A stretch of 64,000 nucleotides of DNA, taken from the NCBI GenBank assembly GCA_030324005.1, contig JARDVH010000169.1:12818993-12882992 (forward strand). The letters are read 5' to 3'. The stretch comes from Negaprion brevirostris. Taxonomy: Eukaryota. Position numbers and translations under genes: made by a program. The notes below the pieces were generated by a model, which was given only the letters and a program-made list of their open reading frames with translations, ran no database searches and was not told the origin of the DNA. Of the stretch, positions 27,041 through 39,689 are shown piece by piece. Within the stretch, counting starts at the first letter, position 1. Each line of letters starts with the position of its first letter.

Positions 27041-27190
27041 AGTAAGAAGTCTCGCAACACCAGGTTAAAGTCCAACATGTTTATTTGGAATCATGAGCTT
27101 TCAGAGCACTGCTTCTTCCTCAGGTGAGTGACTCGTGTTGCGAGATTTCTTATTGTGTCCACCCCAGTCCAACACCGGCATCTCCACATC
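27041..27190. mobile_element. Short Penelope-like retroelement remnant with inverted ends
   Basis: 27041-27060 and 27135-27154 are inverted repeats (18/20 match). A hammerhead core lies inside, and tctagtg flanks both sides (27027-33, 27189-95). Confidence 0.7.
27091..27126 (-). ncRNA. Minimal hammerhead ribozyme motif (Penelope-type), probably decayed
   Basis: CAC-CUGAGGA-AGAAGCAGUGCUCU-GAAA-GCUC-AUG: CUGANGA and GAAA boxes, an imperfect helix II, and a palindromic AGCU helix III followed by UC. Confidence 0.6.
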
Positions 27191-29354
27191 TAGTGTTGGA
27201 GATTAGTGTGTGGATACAACAGTGGACAATTGCATGCTCTTTGAATCTCAATGAGAGTTTTGATCACTCAGGACATAAACAGGAAGTCCAAGGTCCTGGA
27301 AATATTGTAGAAAAGAACCATAGGATAGATCCTTCCTTGCTGGCAACTTAGCTATAGAGAGATTTTAAAAAACTGTTTCAAATTATACCATGATGGTAAG
27401 GAATGAGAAAACCTATTCAAGCTAAGAAAAATCAAACTTAGGAATGACGAACATTTGGAATGGACTTCCAGGTCAAGCAGTGGAGCCAAAGCTCATTTAA
27501 GGAACAGTTGGATGCTGAGGTAGGCAATTGAAGATTATTTTTGGAAGGGTGAATAAGAATTCATTGAATAGCCTTATTTAGTTTTTGCCACTTTGTAGCC
27601 AGATTCAATAAGACTGTGCAAGGAGCTGTGCGCCACATCCTTAGTGCTGACATAAAGACTCAATACCATCCCCCACCTTGTACCAAAAAGTGAAAACATT
27701 TTTAACAGAGGAACCAAGCCTTGTATGGGTAATGTTTATGATACTAAATATAACATCGTGCAAGAAATGGGTGACATAATGTATATTTCCTGTGATGAAT
27801 GGCCTGAGGGAAGTGGGGGAGGAAATGGTTTTGTGGCATGAACAAGTGTGAATTTTGGATCTCTGAAAATGGAGCACTGGACCTTTCAGTGAACTCCAGA
27901 TACCAATTAGGCATTGTATTGTAGCTCATCAGTCAGAGAATTCCCAAAATTGTCCAATTTGGACAGCAAGGTCCTGTGGGTACGTTTTGAAGGAAAGTGG
28001 GGCCAAAAATATTCCTGTTCTTCCCATCTCAAATTCGAGGCGAGCTTAAAAACATAAATTTGCCTTTATATTCGAGGCCCCCATTGGCCAAGGATCATAG
28101 CGTAACTGGAAACACTGAGGGGCCCATACTTGGTGCATACTCCACACCAATTTGGACAAGTTAACCAGGGAANNNNNNNNNNCTCCTTTAATTGACATAT
28201 CTCAAGTGAAAGAATCCAGCTGTCCTTCCTCGTGTGGCCTACATTTGACTGGGTCCCCACATTATGTGCTTGACCCTGAACTGCCCCTCCAAAGTGATCT
28301 AGCAAGCAATTCAGTCATATCAAAATAATAGGGGGCATCCCAGTACCATTATCACAGGGCATACAGGGATAAGCAAACATAGCCAGTGACATCCACATCC
28401 CAGTGTGAAAAGAAAAGTGGATTGATAGCTGTTGACCGTGGCTTGGGATCTTGGCGTTTTTTGTTCTCCCTAACCAAGGGGCACTGAGAATTAGTAAAGC
28501 ACTTGTAGTATCATATTTACTGACCTGTCTGGGCTCAAGTAATTTCAACACTTTTGGTCTTAAATTCTGAAATAAAATAGGGACCAGAGCAAGGTCTCCC
28601 TCACCTAGTAGCCCTGCAATGTGAGGAGGATGCTTGTCACCAAGCCCATCGCAAGAGTTTGCATGTGGAGTTGTTTAACATGGGAGGTTGGTGCACTGCA
28701 GCTATCAAATGGTTCTGGTTGCTCTTACCACCTGCCACAGGAGTATTGGAAGGATCTACATGTAGATAATCAACCTGCTTGGGCCACACCACAAACGCAC
28801 CTTCCAAAGTCATCAAGTCCTGGGATGAGACTTGAAGCCAGTCCTTTTGACTGAGGTAGGTGCACCACCCACTGCACCCCAAAACGTGCACAGAGTGAGA
28901 CCTACTTTATCCACATAGCTCAGTGATTCACTAGGTAAACTGGGGAACCATAACAGAATTACTTCATGTGTGATTTTAATCAGTGCTGCTGGGGTGATGG
29001 CACATGTAAGTAGAAGTTTATAAAAATGTCATATTATTTAATCTCCATGTAACATTTGTGCTTTTCAGTTCTTCAAATGCTAACAAAAATGGAATAAAAG
29101 TCAGATTGAATAAGATTAAAATAACACTTTGGCAGTTAATCTAACATCAAGGCTAGCTCATTCCAGCTACACATAATCCAGTCCCAATAAAGAAACAACT
29201 GATCTGCCAAGTATTGCTCTGCTTGGCTCAGGACTGTACTTTGACCAAGGTTTTAATTTAATAAGAGTGGATAGGAATGGTGCTCTTTAATCACCAACTT
29301 GGAACAAGAGTTTTGAATAACATCAGCAAAGACATGCTAGGTAGGTGCACTGGC

Positions 29355-29476
29355 CGTGCTCAATTCTCCCACAGTGTACCCAAACAGGCGCCGGAGTGTG
29401 GCGACTAGGGGATTTAAACAGTAATTCCATTGCAGGGTTACTGTGAGCCTACCTGTGACACTAATAAATAAATAAA
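29355..29476 (+). mobile_element. SINE tail fragment (alternative tail type also seen at 57100 and 59996)
   Basis: gtgtacccaaacaggcgccggagtgtggcgactaggggatt..cctacctgtgacactaataaataaataaa. Confidence 0.75.
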
Positions 29477-30124
29477 TGGGAATGGTAACTGGGTAAAAGT
29501 ACTTATGAAAAGGCAGTGAATGGGACACACACACACCAGCTGTGGTTGTACACTGTACAATGTTGTTGGGCAGTGTCTTGTATACAATTAACTGGAAATG
29601 GTACACTGCAACTCTGGACCTAAATCAGTATTCATATGTAATAGGAGTTGTACACTCCAGTTCTATGCTTGAAACAAGATCTGTACACAACAGGAGTGCA
29701 TTATTGGAGACTCATTAATGTGTCTTTGCGGTTAGTAGCCCATTTTTCTCTGGTTATGTTTTCAGCAATTTTATTTTACTTGAAATTAGATATAAATTTC
29801 CTCACTATGATCCCATTAGAAAGTTGATTGCAGCTTATCAATCCATTTGGCAACCCGTAGATAGGATTAAATATTGTTTTCCACTTCAAGAGCCCTTGTC
29901 AGCAACTATTTATTCATAATCTGATTTTGGAAATTGATTTCCTTAATTGGCCATGGTTTTATTGTTCTTAAAATTGCCCACTATTAAATAAACATTCTTA
30001 TTCTGCTCTTGCTGTGAAAAGAGTCAACATTGGCAAAAAGAATGCATGGTCAATTTGCTCCCAGTCCACTCCCAGAGTTGCTCATAACCAACCACCAGGC
30101 AGCGTCCGGGTGAGCTGGTTACAA

Positions 30125-31135
30125 GATAGGAGCGTAAGGAACAGAATTAGGCCATTCAGCCCCTCAAGCTTGATCTGCCATTCAATGAGACCACGAATGA
30201 TTTATAACTCAACTCCATTCTCCCACCTTTGCTCCATTTACCCCAAACCTTTACCCAACAAAAATCTCTCTCTTCCCCACAGTGGGGGGTAGAGGACTAC
30301 AAATGCTGGCGTTGCAGACATGACAGTTGCAAGATATCTTCTTGGAACCAGGCATTTTGCAAGAGAAGAGTTTGGAGCTCAGGGGAGGAGTTTGAAGCTT
30401 GGGCAAACAGTTCACCCCATGAGGCAGGCAAGTCAGTCCATTAAGAGCATAGTTAAGGTAAGTTTAGGAGGCTGACTGGGGTTTTCCAGTTATTTCCCGA
30501 CATGGTCGATCATCTGCCTGGAGGCTGTCGCCAAGTGTGCCTTTGATTCTAGCAGGCCTACAGACCACCTTGCCTAAGTGGAGCNNNNNNNNNNNNNNNN
30601 NNNAACACCCCCCCCCCCCCCCCCCCCCCCCCACTTCCCACTGTGGTGACCTGGTTTTTTAATGAAAATTTTCAACACACAGCTCAAAGTGCACCTTCTT
30701 ATTGAAGTGTGCACCCAGTTACCTACATTCTCCTACAGCTGAGTGGCTCCACCATTGTGAGGCATTTCCCCATGCTGAATGGACAGGAACCTGTCTCCTT
30801 ATCAATTAATTTGAAAATCCCATGCACTTCCCTTAGCAAGTTTCCCCAAGAAAATCCAACTAACGCTCCCACCATCGGCAAAAATTTCAGCCTCAACATA
30901 GGAACATAGGAATTAGGAGCAGAAGTAGGCAATTTTAGCCCTTCCAGCCTGCTCTGCCATTCAATCAGATCATGGCTGATTTCTCAGCAGTCTCAAATAT
31001 ACCTCCCTATCTCCCATTTCCATTTAATCTATATTCTAAAAATCAGAAATATATCTATTTCCTTCTTGAAACCATTTAATGATTCAGACTCCACCATGCT
31101 ATGGGACAGCGAGTTCCAAAAATTCACCACCCCCT
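30125..31135 (-). mobile_element. Two CR1 3' fragments (30125-30270, 30895-31135) separated by a MITE-like segment
   Basis: Two ggccattcagcc..gccattcaat tails. The intervening GC-rich segment ends ..aaaatttcagcc. Confidence 0.6.
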
Positions 31136-32384
31136 TGCTTGTCTCCATTCTGTGCTAATATTTGTTGGTATTATTGTTCTCCAGTCTAGACATTAAACTA
31201 GGTAAGTTCTCATGTATAGCTGCCATTTCTTTTTAATTTAGAGGTTTGGAATGATTTTTCTGCCCCTTTTAGCATACTGTCTCAACACAAAAGATGTATG
31301 TGGAAGAGGTGGGCGGCTATGCTTCTGCTAATGGTACTGTGTAGTCAAGAGTAAAAGAGCAGCCTGGACTAATTAATTCTCAAGCTTTTACAAAAGGTGC
31401 ACCTTGTCTTTATTTTGTACTTCGCCTGAAGAATAAAAAGATTGAAGAAAGTGAGGAAAAGGCTGGGCAACAAGACTAGTTATCTCCAAAAGTTACCAAC
31501 ACAGTTGATGTCCAATCCAAAGCAGGTAGATAAGAGATCGTGTGAACACAGGTGTTTTCCTCTACGGCAACTTGCATTCCCAACATAAAACGTTCCACGT
31601 CAGTGTATTTCACGGCAGAAAAAAATTAGAACTGTAGTGAATAATAATGAAAAACTGAGAAGGATGGGCACTCAGTGCAACAGATGGCTTTCTGGAGGCA
31701 TTTGAAAGGTTTTGGTAGCAAGTTGCAGACTTGGCAAGGATGAGGGGTTTGGGTGGAGATTCTCAAAAGAGGAAGAATTGACTGAAAGAACAGTGGGTGA
31801 TAGAAATATGGGAAATGTCAAAATAGCAGTAGGCCATTCAGCCTCTCCAGCCTGTTCTGTCAATTAAATCATAGCTTATCTCCATTTAACTCCAGCTAAC
31901 CTCCACGGTCCTATTTCCCTTAAACCCCCTGCTTAACAAAAACACATCAGTACCAGTTTTGAAACTTTCACATTGACCTATGCTCAGCAGCCTTTGAGAA
32001 GAGTGTGGCAGACTCACTCTACCCTTTGTGGGCAGGATAAATAGCATAAGATGGGAGAGTGAAGCCTGTGTGAAACAAGGAACCTTGAATTCTCAGTTCA
32101 TCCAGGTGGAAGGTGACAGGGGTAGTGAAGAGGGTGAGGCCACAAAAGGGATCTGAAAGCAAAGGTATGGATCTTAAAATTTTAAAAACCAATTGTTGTA
32201 GTGTGAAGGACTATTGGATTCTGCAAAGGAGTCAGGCAGTGGGGGAGTCGACGTTTGGGATGGTGATAAGTTTGGGGGCTTTTGCTACAGTGAAGGTGCA
32301 GAGCTGAGCATTGTGGATACTTGAGGAACAAATGTGAATTGGATGCAAAGGAAGGATTAAACCTCAAGACACAAACTGGAAAGT

Positions 32385-32855
32385 GTGCAAAAAAGATTTA
32401 CAAGTATGTTACTGAGACTGGAATTATAAGGAGAAGCTGAATAGGCTGGAACTTTTTTCCCTGGAGTGTAGGAGGATGAGGGGTGACCTTAGAGGCTAAT
32501 AAAATCATGAGGGGCATAAATAAGGTGAATAACCAAGGTCTTTTCCCCAGAGTAGGGGATCCAAAACTAGAGAGCACAGGTTTAAGGTCCGAGGAGCAAA
32601 GATTTAAAAGGAACCTGAGGGGCAACTTTTTTCATACAGAGGGTGGTGTGTGTATGGAATGAGCTACCAGAGGAGGTGGTAGAAGCGGGGACAATTACAA
32701 TATTTAAAAGTCATTTGGGCAGGTATATAGATGGGAAAGGTTTAGTTGGATATGGGCCAAATGCAGGCAAATAAGACTAGTTCAGTTTAGGAAAGTTGGT
32801 CGGCATGGACAAGTGGGGCCAAAGGGCCTGTTTCTGTACTGTATCTCTATATGAT
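32385..32855 (+). mobile_element. HER1/CR1 LINE 3' end (disrupted RT C-terminus and 3' UTR)
   Basis: gtgcaaaaaagatttacaag..ataggctggaactttt..gaggggtgacctt..gggccaaagggcctgtttctgtactgtatctctatatga. Confidence 0.88.
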
Positions 32856-34734
32856 ACTTTATTTTTGCTCAGACTCCTAATTCCAACAATAGGTTTAGAA
32901 TCTGTGATCTGATGAGTGGAACAGTAGTGTGTAAGCATGAAACAGGGGAAGGTGTTTCAGACTTGTGCTGACTGTTCCCACTCACATTAGCAGCTGTTGG
33001 AAACGACATCCAACAGGATTTTGACCAACTGAACTTTGGTCTATATTTAAGTGGGTTGCAGAGAAACGTGTGCCACAGTTTAAGAAATTGGGTGCAGCTT
33101 TTGTTTTTGTATTTCAGTTTCCATGTTTTACTTTCATCCATGCCAACTGCCACTCTGTTCCCTTTCTAGATGTGTGAATATCAGCTCCCAGCTGCCTCTA
33201 CACATTGTCAACAATTGTGTTTGCAAAACGCCCAGGTCCTCTGGACCAGGACTGCAGTGTAAACATGCAAGCGTTTCTTTAAATGTCACCAAGATGTGTG
33301 GCTGTATTTGCTGTAAATACATGGAAGAAGCCCCTCTTGAAACGGATACCAATTGCTGCAAGCTAAAATACAGCTTTGCTTGGGGAACACTTGACTGCTG
33401 AGCGTTCAGGGAAAAGGAAAGGCAAAACTGTCATTAGTACATCTCAAGCTTTCTAAATTGTTTGCTTAAATTGTGCCTCTTCCCCACGTGTTTGATATAT
33501 TAATATGAAATAGTACAACACAAGCACAGACCCCGAGCAATTTTTTTGTTCACCTGGCATTCTGACTTCCTTTGCAGAAAAAGCTTACAGCTACAAGCAC
33601 AATCCAATGTGTTGAGGATCTAGACTTCAATACGAGGATGCTCTCTGACTTGCCTTTGAAATGCAGCATGTACATTGAGGATGGGCCAGGAAACGTCCAA
33701 AGTAATTACTGCGTTTGCCAATTTGTGGGACCAGCTATGTGATCTTACTGAAATATCAAAATTGTGTTGTAATGAAAGAAAATTNNNNNNNNNNGTGGTG
33801 AGTGAGTGGAATCAGCTGCCGTCGGTGGTGGTGAAAGAAAATTATCTGACAAAACCATGGAGTGTGCTAACATTACTGGGGTCCATACTGAAACCAAGCC
33901 AAGTAATGATATAATGGGTTTTAATGAGTATCTAGGGAAGCAATCTAGTACCACAGCGAAAGACAAAGGGCAAAAAGCATCATAGCTGAACTGACACTAA
34001 TTCAAGCTGATTGTCAGAGCAGCTGAAGAATGTAAGAAAGGAAATGTGATCTGTACATTTGACCTCTCTTTGATTCCATCCCCCACTGCTGCCATTTCTA
34101 ATTGTCAAATAGTCAACATTTCACATCTGCTCATATTAATTTAATGAAAATCTGAATCTCACCACTCAGTGTCCTTTCTTTCCCCCTTGATTTCATGAAC
34201 TATTCGTAAGCAGGCTCTGAACCAGGCCGCTTTTATTGCGTGCGTGCCTACTGGATTTACAGTCTTCAAGAACTGGAATTATTCCCATGAAAGCAGGAAA
34301 AGTTTGCAGTTCATCAATGAATAGGTGTAAACCAAAACAAGCTGCACTGTACAATCAACTAAAATGGAATTGCAAAGTAGTAAAGTTTACAACTAATATC
34401 AAAATAAAAATGACATAGCAGTTTTCATCTTAGATATTAATCTTCAACAGATTATAAAGGTCTAAGTGTACTAGGGCCACAGTTAGAAACAGTACCTGTT
34501 TAGAGAATTGGGGTTTAAGGTTGAGCGTTTCAAGTGAATGGCTTCTGCTTAAAGGGGCAAAATTTGAGGTTGGTAACTACTTAAAGTGCTGATTTGTGCT
34601 TGCATCATCGTTTGAGACTGGTGCTTGCATAGAGTGATGCAATTTGAGACTGATATCTGACATCCCATCATCCAATGACGGGCTTATTCAAGACTTAATC
34701 ACCTCCCAATTTGATACCTTTAATATCATCTTTG

Positions 34735-35218
34735 CCAGCCAGCTTGCCATCCTTCAAACTTTCAGCTCATCAATAACTCTGCTGCCCAGTTTCTCACCCA
34801 CAACAATCCCTACTTCTTAACCATCCTTCTCCTCCCTTATTATCCCAACTCCCATATGCTAAAATTTAAAATTCTATCCACCAAGGATCTCACTAGTCAT
34901 GAATGATGTAATCTCCTCAATTCCCTTCCAAACTATGCATTCCTCCCAGTCCAGTTTCCTGTGCATCTCGCCCTCTTCCCCTGTGCTCCAAGGCTGTTGT
35001 TTCAGCCAACTGGCTTCCACTCTCTGGCATTCCCACTTTATACCCCGCTGCTCTTCCATGTCCCTCTCGCCTAAATTAAAGTCCTCTGTTAAAAAAACAC
35101 CTCTTTGATGATGCTTTTGGTCTCCCTTCCTGATATCATCATCTCAGTTTTCCTCATGCCGCAGTGAATCATCATGGGACATTGTTTTGTATTTACGGTG
35201 CTATATAAATGCAAGCTG
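34735..35218 (+). mobile_element. Old L2-type LINE 3' fragment
   Basis: cagctcatcaataactctgctgcc..cactctctggcattccc..ggtgctatataaatgcaag terminus. Confidence 0.6.
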
Positions 35219-37013
35219 AAATCAGCAGATGTTTTGAGGAATGGGCTTGGGGGATTTCTATGTTCTCAGTGATGCAGAGTTTGCTGACCTGAAATATACT
35301 GCCAACTCCCTCATCATTCTTCAGTAAATGCTGCACACATTGATGCAGAGCCCTATTCAGCTGTTTCCAAGCTTTGGCTAAATTTTAATATTTGTGAACA
35401 GTCTAAGATTAAAAATGCTAAAACCTAAGAGGCCTAAGTATGTTTTCAACTTAATGGCCACCAGTTTCCATTATGGCGAAACCAATATAAGGTCAAAAGG
35501 AAAAAAGTGATACAAGTTGATCTCACATCACTTATATAAATTAAGTTTTGGTAACTGACAGCGAGTTATTCTGCACATCTTTGCATTGTTTCCCAGCATC
35601 AATGCAAAAAAAATACAGGTATAACTTTATTATGTTCTATTCAGACTACATTTGGAAGCTGCTCTGCATGTTTCAGAGATGGCTTACTCCAGCTCCAAGT
35701 GAGGTTAACTGTCAATAACAGTTTAAAAGTTGGGCGCAACTCAATGCCTTTGCAGTCTGTCTTTTATGAACAGCTAGATTAAGATCTCTGGCAACTTTTT
35801 TGCCCCAAGTAAAACACTATGGTGTCAGGCTGGTCATTCAATCTAAATGTTACCTCCCGGTGTAAACAGAATAGTATGTTGTGAAATAAGCTGACAGAAT
35901 TACTGCTTCTCAAAGGGGCCCTGCTATCCAGCAGCAGAGCAGGCTCAAATATTTCAATTCCCAATTTTTGCATATTTGCCAAAGTAGTGTAAAACTAATT
36001 AAACTTCTAGGATAGGGGATCCAATGCTGGTCTGAAAACTGCAGGGTCCCTAGCCTGGCATCCAAATACCAATTTTACAGATAATTTTACATTCATTTGG
36101 CCCACTCATTGCTAATTTATGGACACACAGGCCAGAATTTTACTGCCTCAGGATCGGGGCAGGCGAAGCTCGTAAAACTGAACTCTCTGTTGGGCCCAGG
36201 GCGGGATTTTACAAGCCTCGCCCGAGCGAGTTCGCAAAATACCAGCTACAGTGTCAGTGTTTGTCAATCGCTTTAAAGGGTTTTAACATCCACCTCCATT
36301 CCCAAATGATCCTTACAACATTTCTGATGTTTAGACAGTCATAGAGTTTAGTGGTTTAATTCCAGAGTAATGATAATATTATGTTATATGTTGGAAGTGG
36401 TTCCATATTTACCAACATGTCACTAATCTGGGGGTTAAGTTTCACTATTGGTTGTCCCACCAATAAGAAACTGGAATGATATTGAATGTTGCAGCTCTTG
36501 GCACCAAGCACATAAGAATGGGATGTTCAAGTTTGTTATACCAGGACGTATTGGCAATGCTCTGGGCTCACACAACCGTGGGCATTGAGTACTTTTGACA
36601 GAAAGAGATAATGAAAGAACATTTATAAAATTAAAACACAGCAATAATTAGAAATAAATCAGCTTAATTCAAGAGGATATTTCCCCCCAACCCATCTCCC
36701 ATTTTAGTCGTGTACTTTAACTTTAATGAAGTCACTTCTCCATTGTTTATCCAGAATGACATTTAACGACATGGAATAACTTCAATACCACACCGTACCA
36801 AGAACATCCACATCAAAGCGGTACTGTGGGTCCCCCATGCTAATCCACAGACCCAAGTTCTAGCAAAGCACACATAGCCAACTTTGTCACTAGGAAGCTC
36901 AATGAACGCAGCAGCAGTGGCAACTAAAATACAACTTACTGGACCACAGAATACAACACAGAAGGGACGACCCCACATAGGACGGACATGGAACAGCATG
37001 ATGTTAAACTTAC

Positions 37014-37187
37014 AGGCACGTAAACTGGTGGAGCAATCATTAACAGAGACAGAAGAAAGTGGGAAGGTTCTCTCAAGGGTGTCCAAGTTACTATGTACAC
37101 TGTCTGACATGCAAGTGCAGTCACGCTCACAGCGTCCGCAATCAAAACAACATGCGAGTTTCATTCTCTTGTAGATGGACATCTTGG
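37014..37187 (-). CDS. KCNMA1: STREX alternative exon, 174 nt (phase 1-1): PKMSIYKRMKLACCFDCGRCERDCTCMSDSVHSNLDTLERTFPLSSVSVNDCSTSLRA
   Basis: Acceptor catgattatag, donor T|gtaagt. Exact STREX length and high identity to vertebrate STREX; lies within ORF 36763..37239. Confidence 0.98.
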
Positions 37188-37206
37188 CTATAATCATGTT
37201 TTCGAT
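37188..37206 (-). promoter_or_regulatory. CaRRE1-like splicing element between the polypyrimidine tract and the AG of the STREX acceptor
   Basis: Minus strand reads ctcctcttcctctccttcc-atcgaaaACATGATTAtag, compared with mammalian CACATGGTTATAG. Confidence 0.7.
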
Positions 37207-39689
37207 GGAAGGAGAGGAAGAGGAGCAGGTTAATGGCAAGGTTACTCAGTCTGGCAGTTGGAAGGAATTAACAAGGGATCTAATACAGGCCTTAGTAACA
37301 TAAGCAGGCTTGACAAGAAGAAGAGCTAAGACTATTTCATGAAAGTAGCGACAAGAAAATCATCTTTAAAAAGTTCAAAAGAAAGAGCTCAGAAGGTAAC
37401 TTTGAATATACAATTCACATTCTTAGATATTTCAAGTTCATGCCGCACGGGATACTATTCCACAGGAACACAAGAAGTTGCTGAAAATTTCAATTGCAGA
37501 CCTGCACATCATATCCCTTTTAAAACAATTTAGCCAAAGCAGGCAATTGACAGAAACAGAATTGTATTTTAATGATTGTTCTTTTCGCCACTCTCCCTTG
37601 TTTTGCACAAGCATGTGCTGGCAAGAATTTGGTATAATTAGCATTTTCCTCATAATTACTACTGTGCTAATGAGCATGTCAAAATTAAGGTGGCACATAA
37701 AATACAGGTCCAATTCTTTCAAGCACACATGATGCCGAAATGGTTATTGTGCTAATTGATTCACTTGTTCAATGAAATTTGTAATATAAATAATATAAAA
37801 CCATATTATTTGATAATAAACCTAATGTACTGGTAATGAGGAATAATTTAAGTTACTCATATCAAGTAAAACAAAATCAGCCTTGGATGAACAAGCCATT
37901 ATGCCACGTGAAGGACATATTTAAAGCTCTCGACTGAGTCAAGCACTGACCTAAGGCCATTTATATCAAAATTACTGGCCAAGCAAGGGTCACGCTATGA
38001 TCGAGGAAAAAAAGGCACTGGAGGGTGATGAATGAGAGGCATCTTCAGTAGCATCCCCATTTCACTGCAATCTTTTCAGCGGTTAGTTGCAAAACATTAA
38101 TTTTCAGCAGGTTTTTTTTAGGTTATCCGCTAGCTGAGAAAAGAATGATCATATCATGCAGCACTAAGCCTGTTCAATGCACGCAACAAGACTAGTCGGT
38201 TAGCACTGGTATTTCAATGAAGAAAGTAGCATCAAAGCCTCATAAATGCTGGTGATGCTGGGCAGCATCGGCCTCTTGTCTTCCTTTGAATGATGCCAAT
38301 CTTTTCAGCGTGACATTAATTGAGTCTGACAAGTCTTTAAAAGGAATGGAATCTAGAGGGAGATGAACCGTTTTTTGATCTTGTTTCTTGAAATGAAACC
38401 AAATACTTCAGCCAAATTATTCTCCCCAATCAACGGGGGAATTGTGTAGAAGACTTGCGGATACCCATTTTTTTTTAAAAAAAGGAAGACTCGAGGAACT
38501 ATTTTTGAGTCCATGCAGAACTATCAAAATAACAGCATGCTGATACAAAATAACAGGCTTCAACCTTGGCGATAATAAATAAAGTAACAACAAAAATTCA
38601 ATAAGGGTTATTAAGATTGAAGCATTCATAAACATTAACAGTATAGCTTGTGTCTCAAACAAATCCATGCTGTAATAAATACATTGCATTCATTGTGGAA
38701 ATAAAACACAAACAGTAATAGCACTTTCAGACAATGACATGTTGGGAAATGTTAGTTGTTGATGAGATGCATGTAATTCTACACACGAAGGACGTGTCCA
38801 CTAACTCGACACACAAACTGCTATATGGAATCCTTGCAAAAACATGTTTATACTGCCATTTGTATTGAAAAGGTGATGTTTTTTGGAAAAATCAGCATCG
38901 AGAAGGACCTGAGATACCCGCGCGCTGTTGGAGACCAGAAGAGGAGGAATGAGAAGGTCTCTGAGGACATCTAGTGGATGGACATCACAGAGCACCATGC
39001 TCAGCAAAATGTGGAAGCTGTCAGGATCCAGTCACGGGTAGTGAGTAAAAAAGGGCCCAACTACCAAGAAGAATTGAAATGGCGACAAATTCATTTCAAT
39101 TCAATAGCTAGTGATGATTATTTGCATAAAAAGAAAAAGAATGGAATGAAGAGTTGTGGGAATAAGATGATTATTTTGATTGGTGATGAATAAACTTTTT
39201 CTCCTCATTATAGTTCCTCAATTTGTAGGACTTCCCATAGAAGATGGTTTCTTCAGTGAAAATACAGCAGCAACATTAAATTGGAGATTAAGAGTACTCT
39301 CAAAAAGGTGAGAGTGCCTAAATTATCTCTATAGTTTCAATAATAAAAAGCAAAGGACTTAGTTCACTGCCTCTGTTTTTCTGAATGGAGCAGAGTGTCA
39401 GGGCCAGAGCAGTACTTTTGTCAAAGAAAGATTTAAAAATGTTTGGTATTGTTTGCTAACTTGTAAATGGGCATTGGATTGGGCGGTTTGATCAAGGTTA
39501 TTGGTGAAGAATCAGTGAGATTTATCTCATCTGTCTGCCTATCCTGAATTTGAACATTCCTCCAAAAAAATTGAGAAATCAAATGTAGAAATAACACATT
39601 CCTTCTGGCAAATCTCAGCCTTTTAAAAAATATCCTAGGCAGAAATGTTCCTACTTTCTCTCCTGAATGCTTTCTTCTATGCAAGGATG

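Noticed and set aside
28720-28745. cag|GTG|gtaaga possible 3-nt microexon
   Set aside because: It lies in degenerate repeat-like sequence with a weak pyrimidine tract and no corresponding known insert.
30608-30632. Long poly-C run (G-quadruplex candidate)
   Set aside because: It directly abuts a gap inside a repeat, so length and sequence are unreliable.
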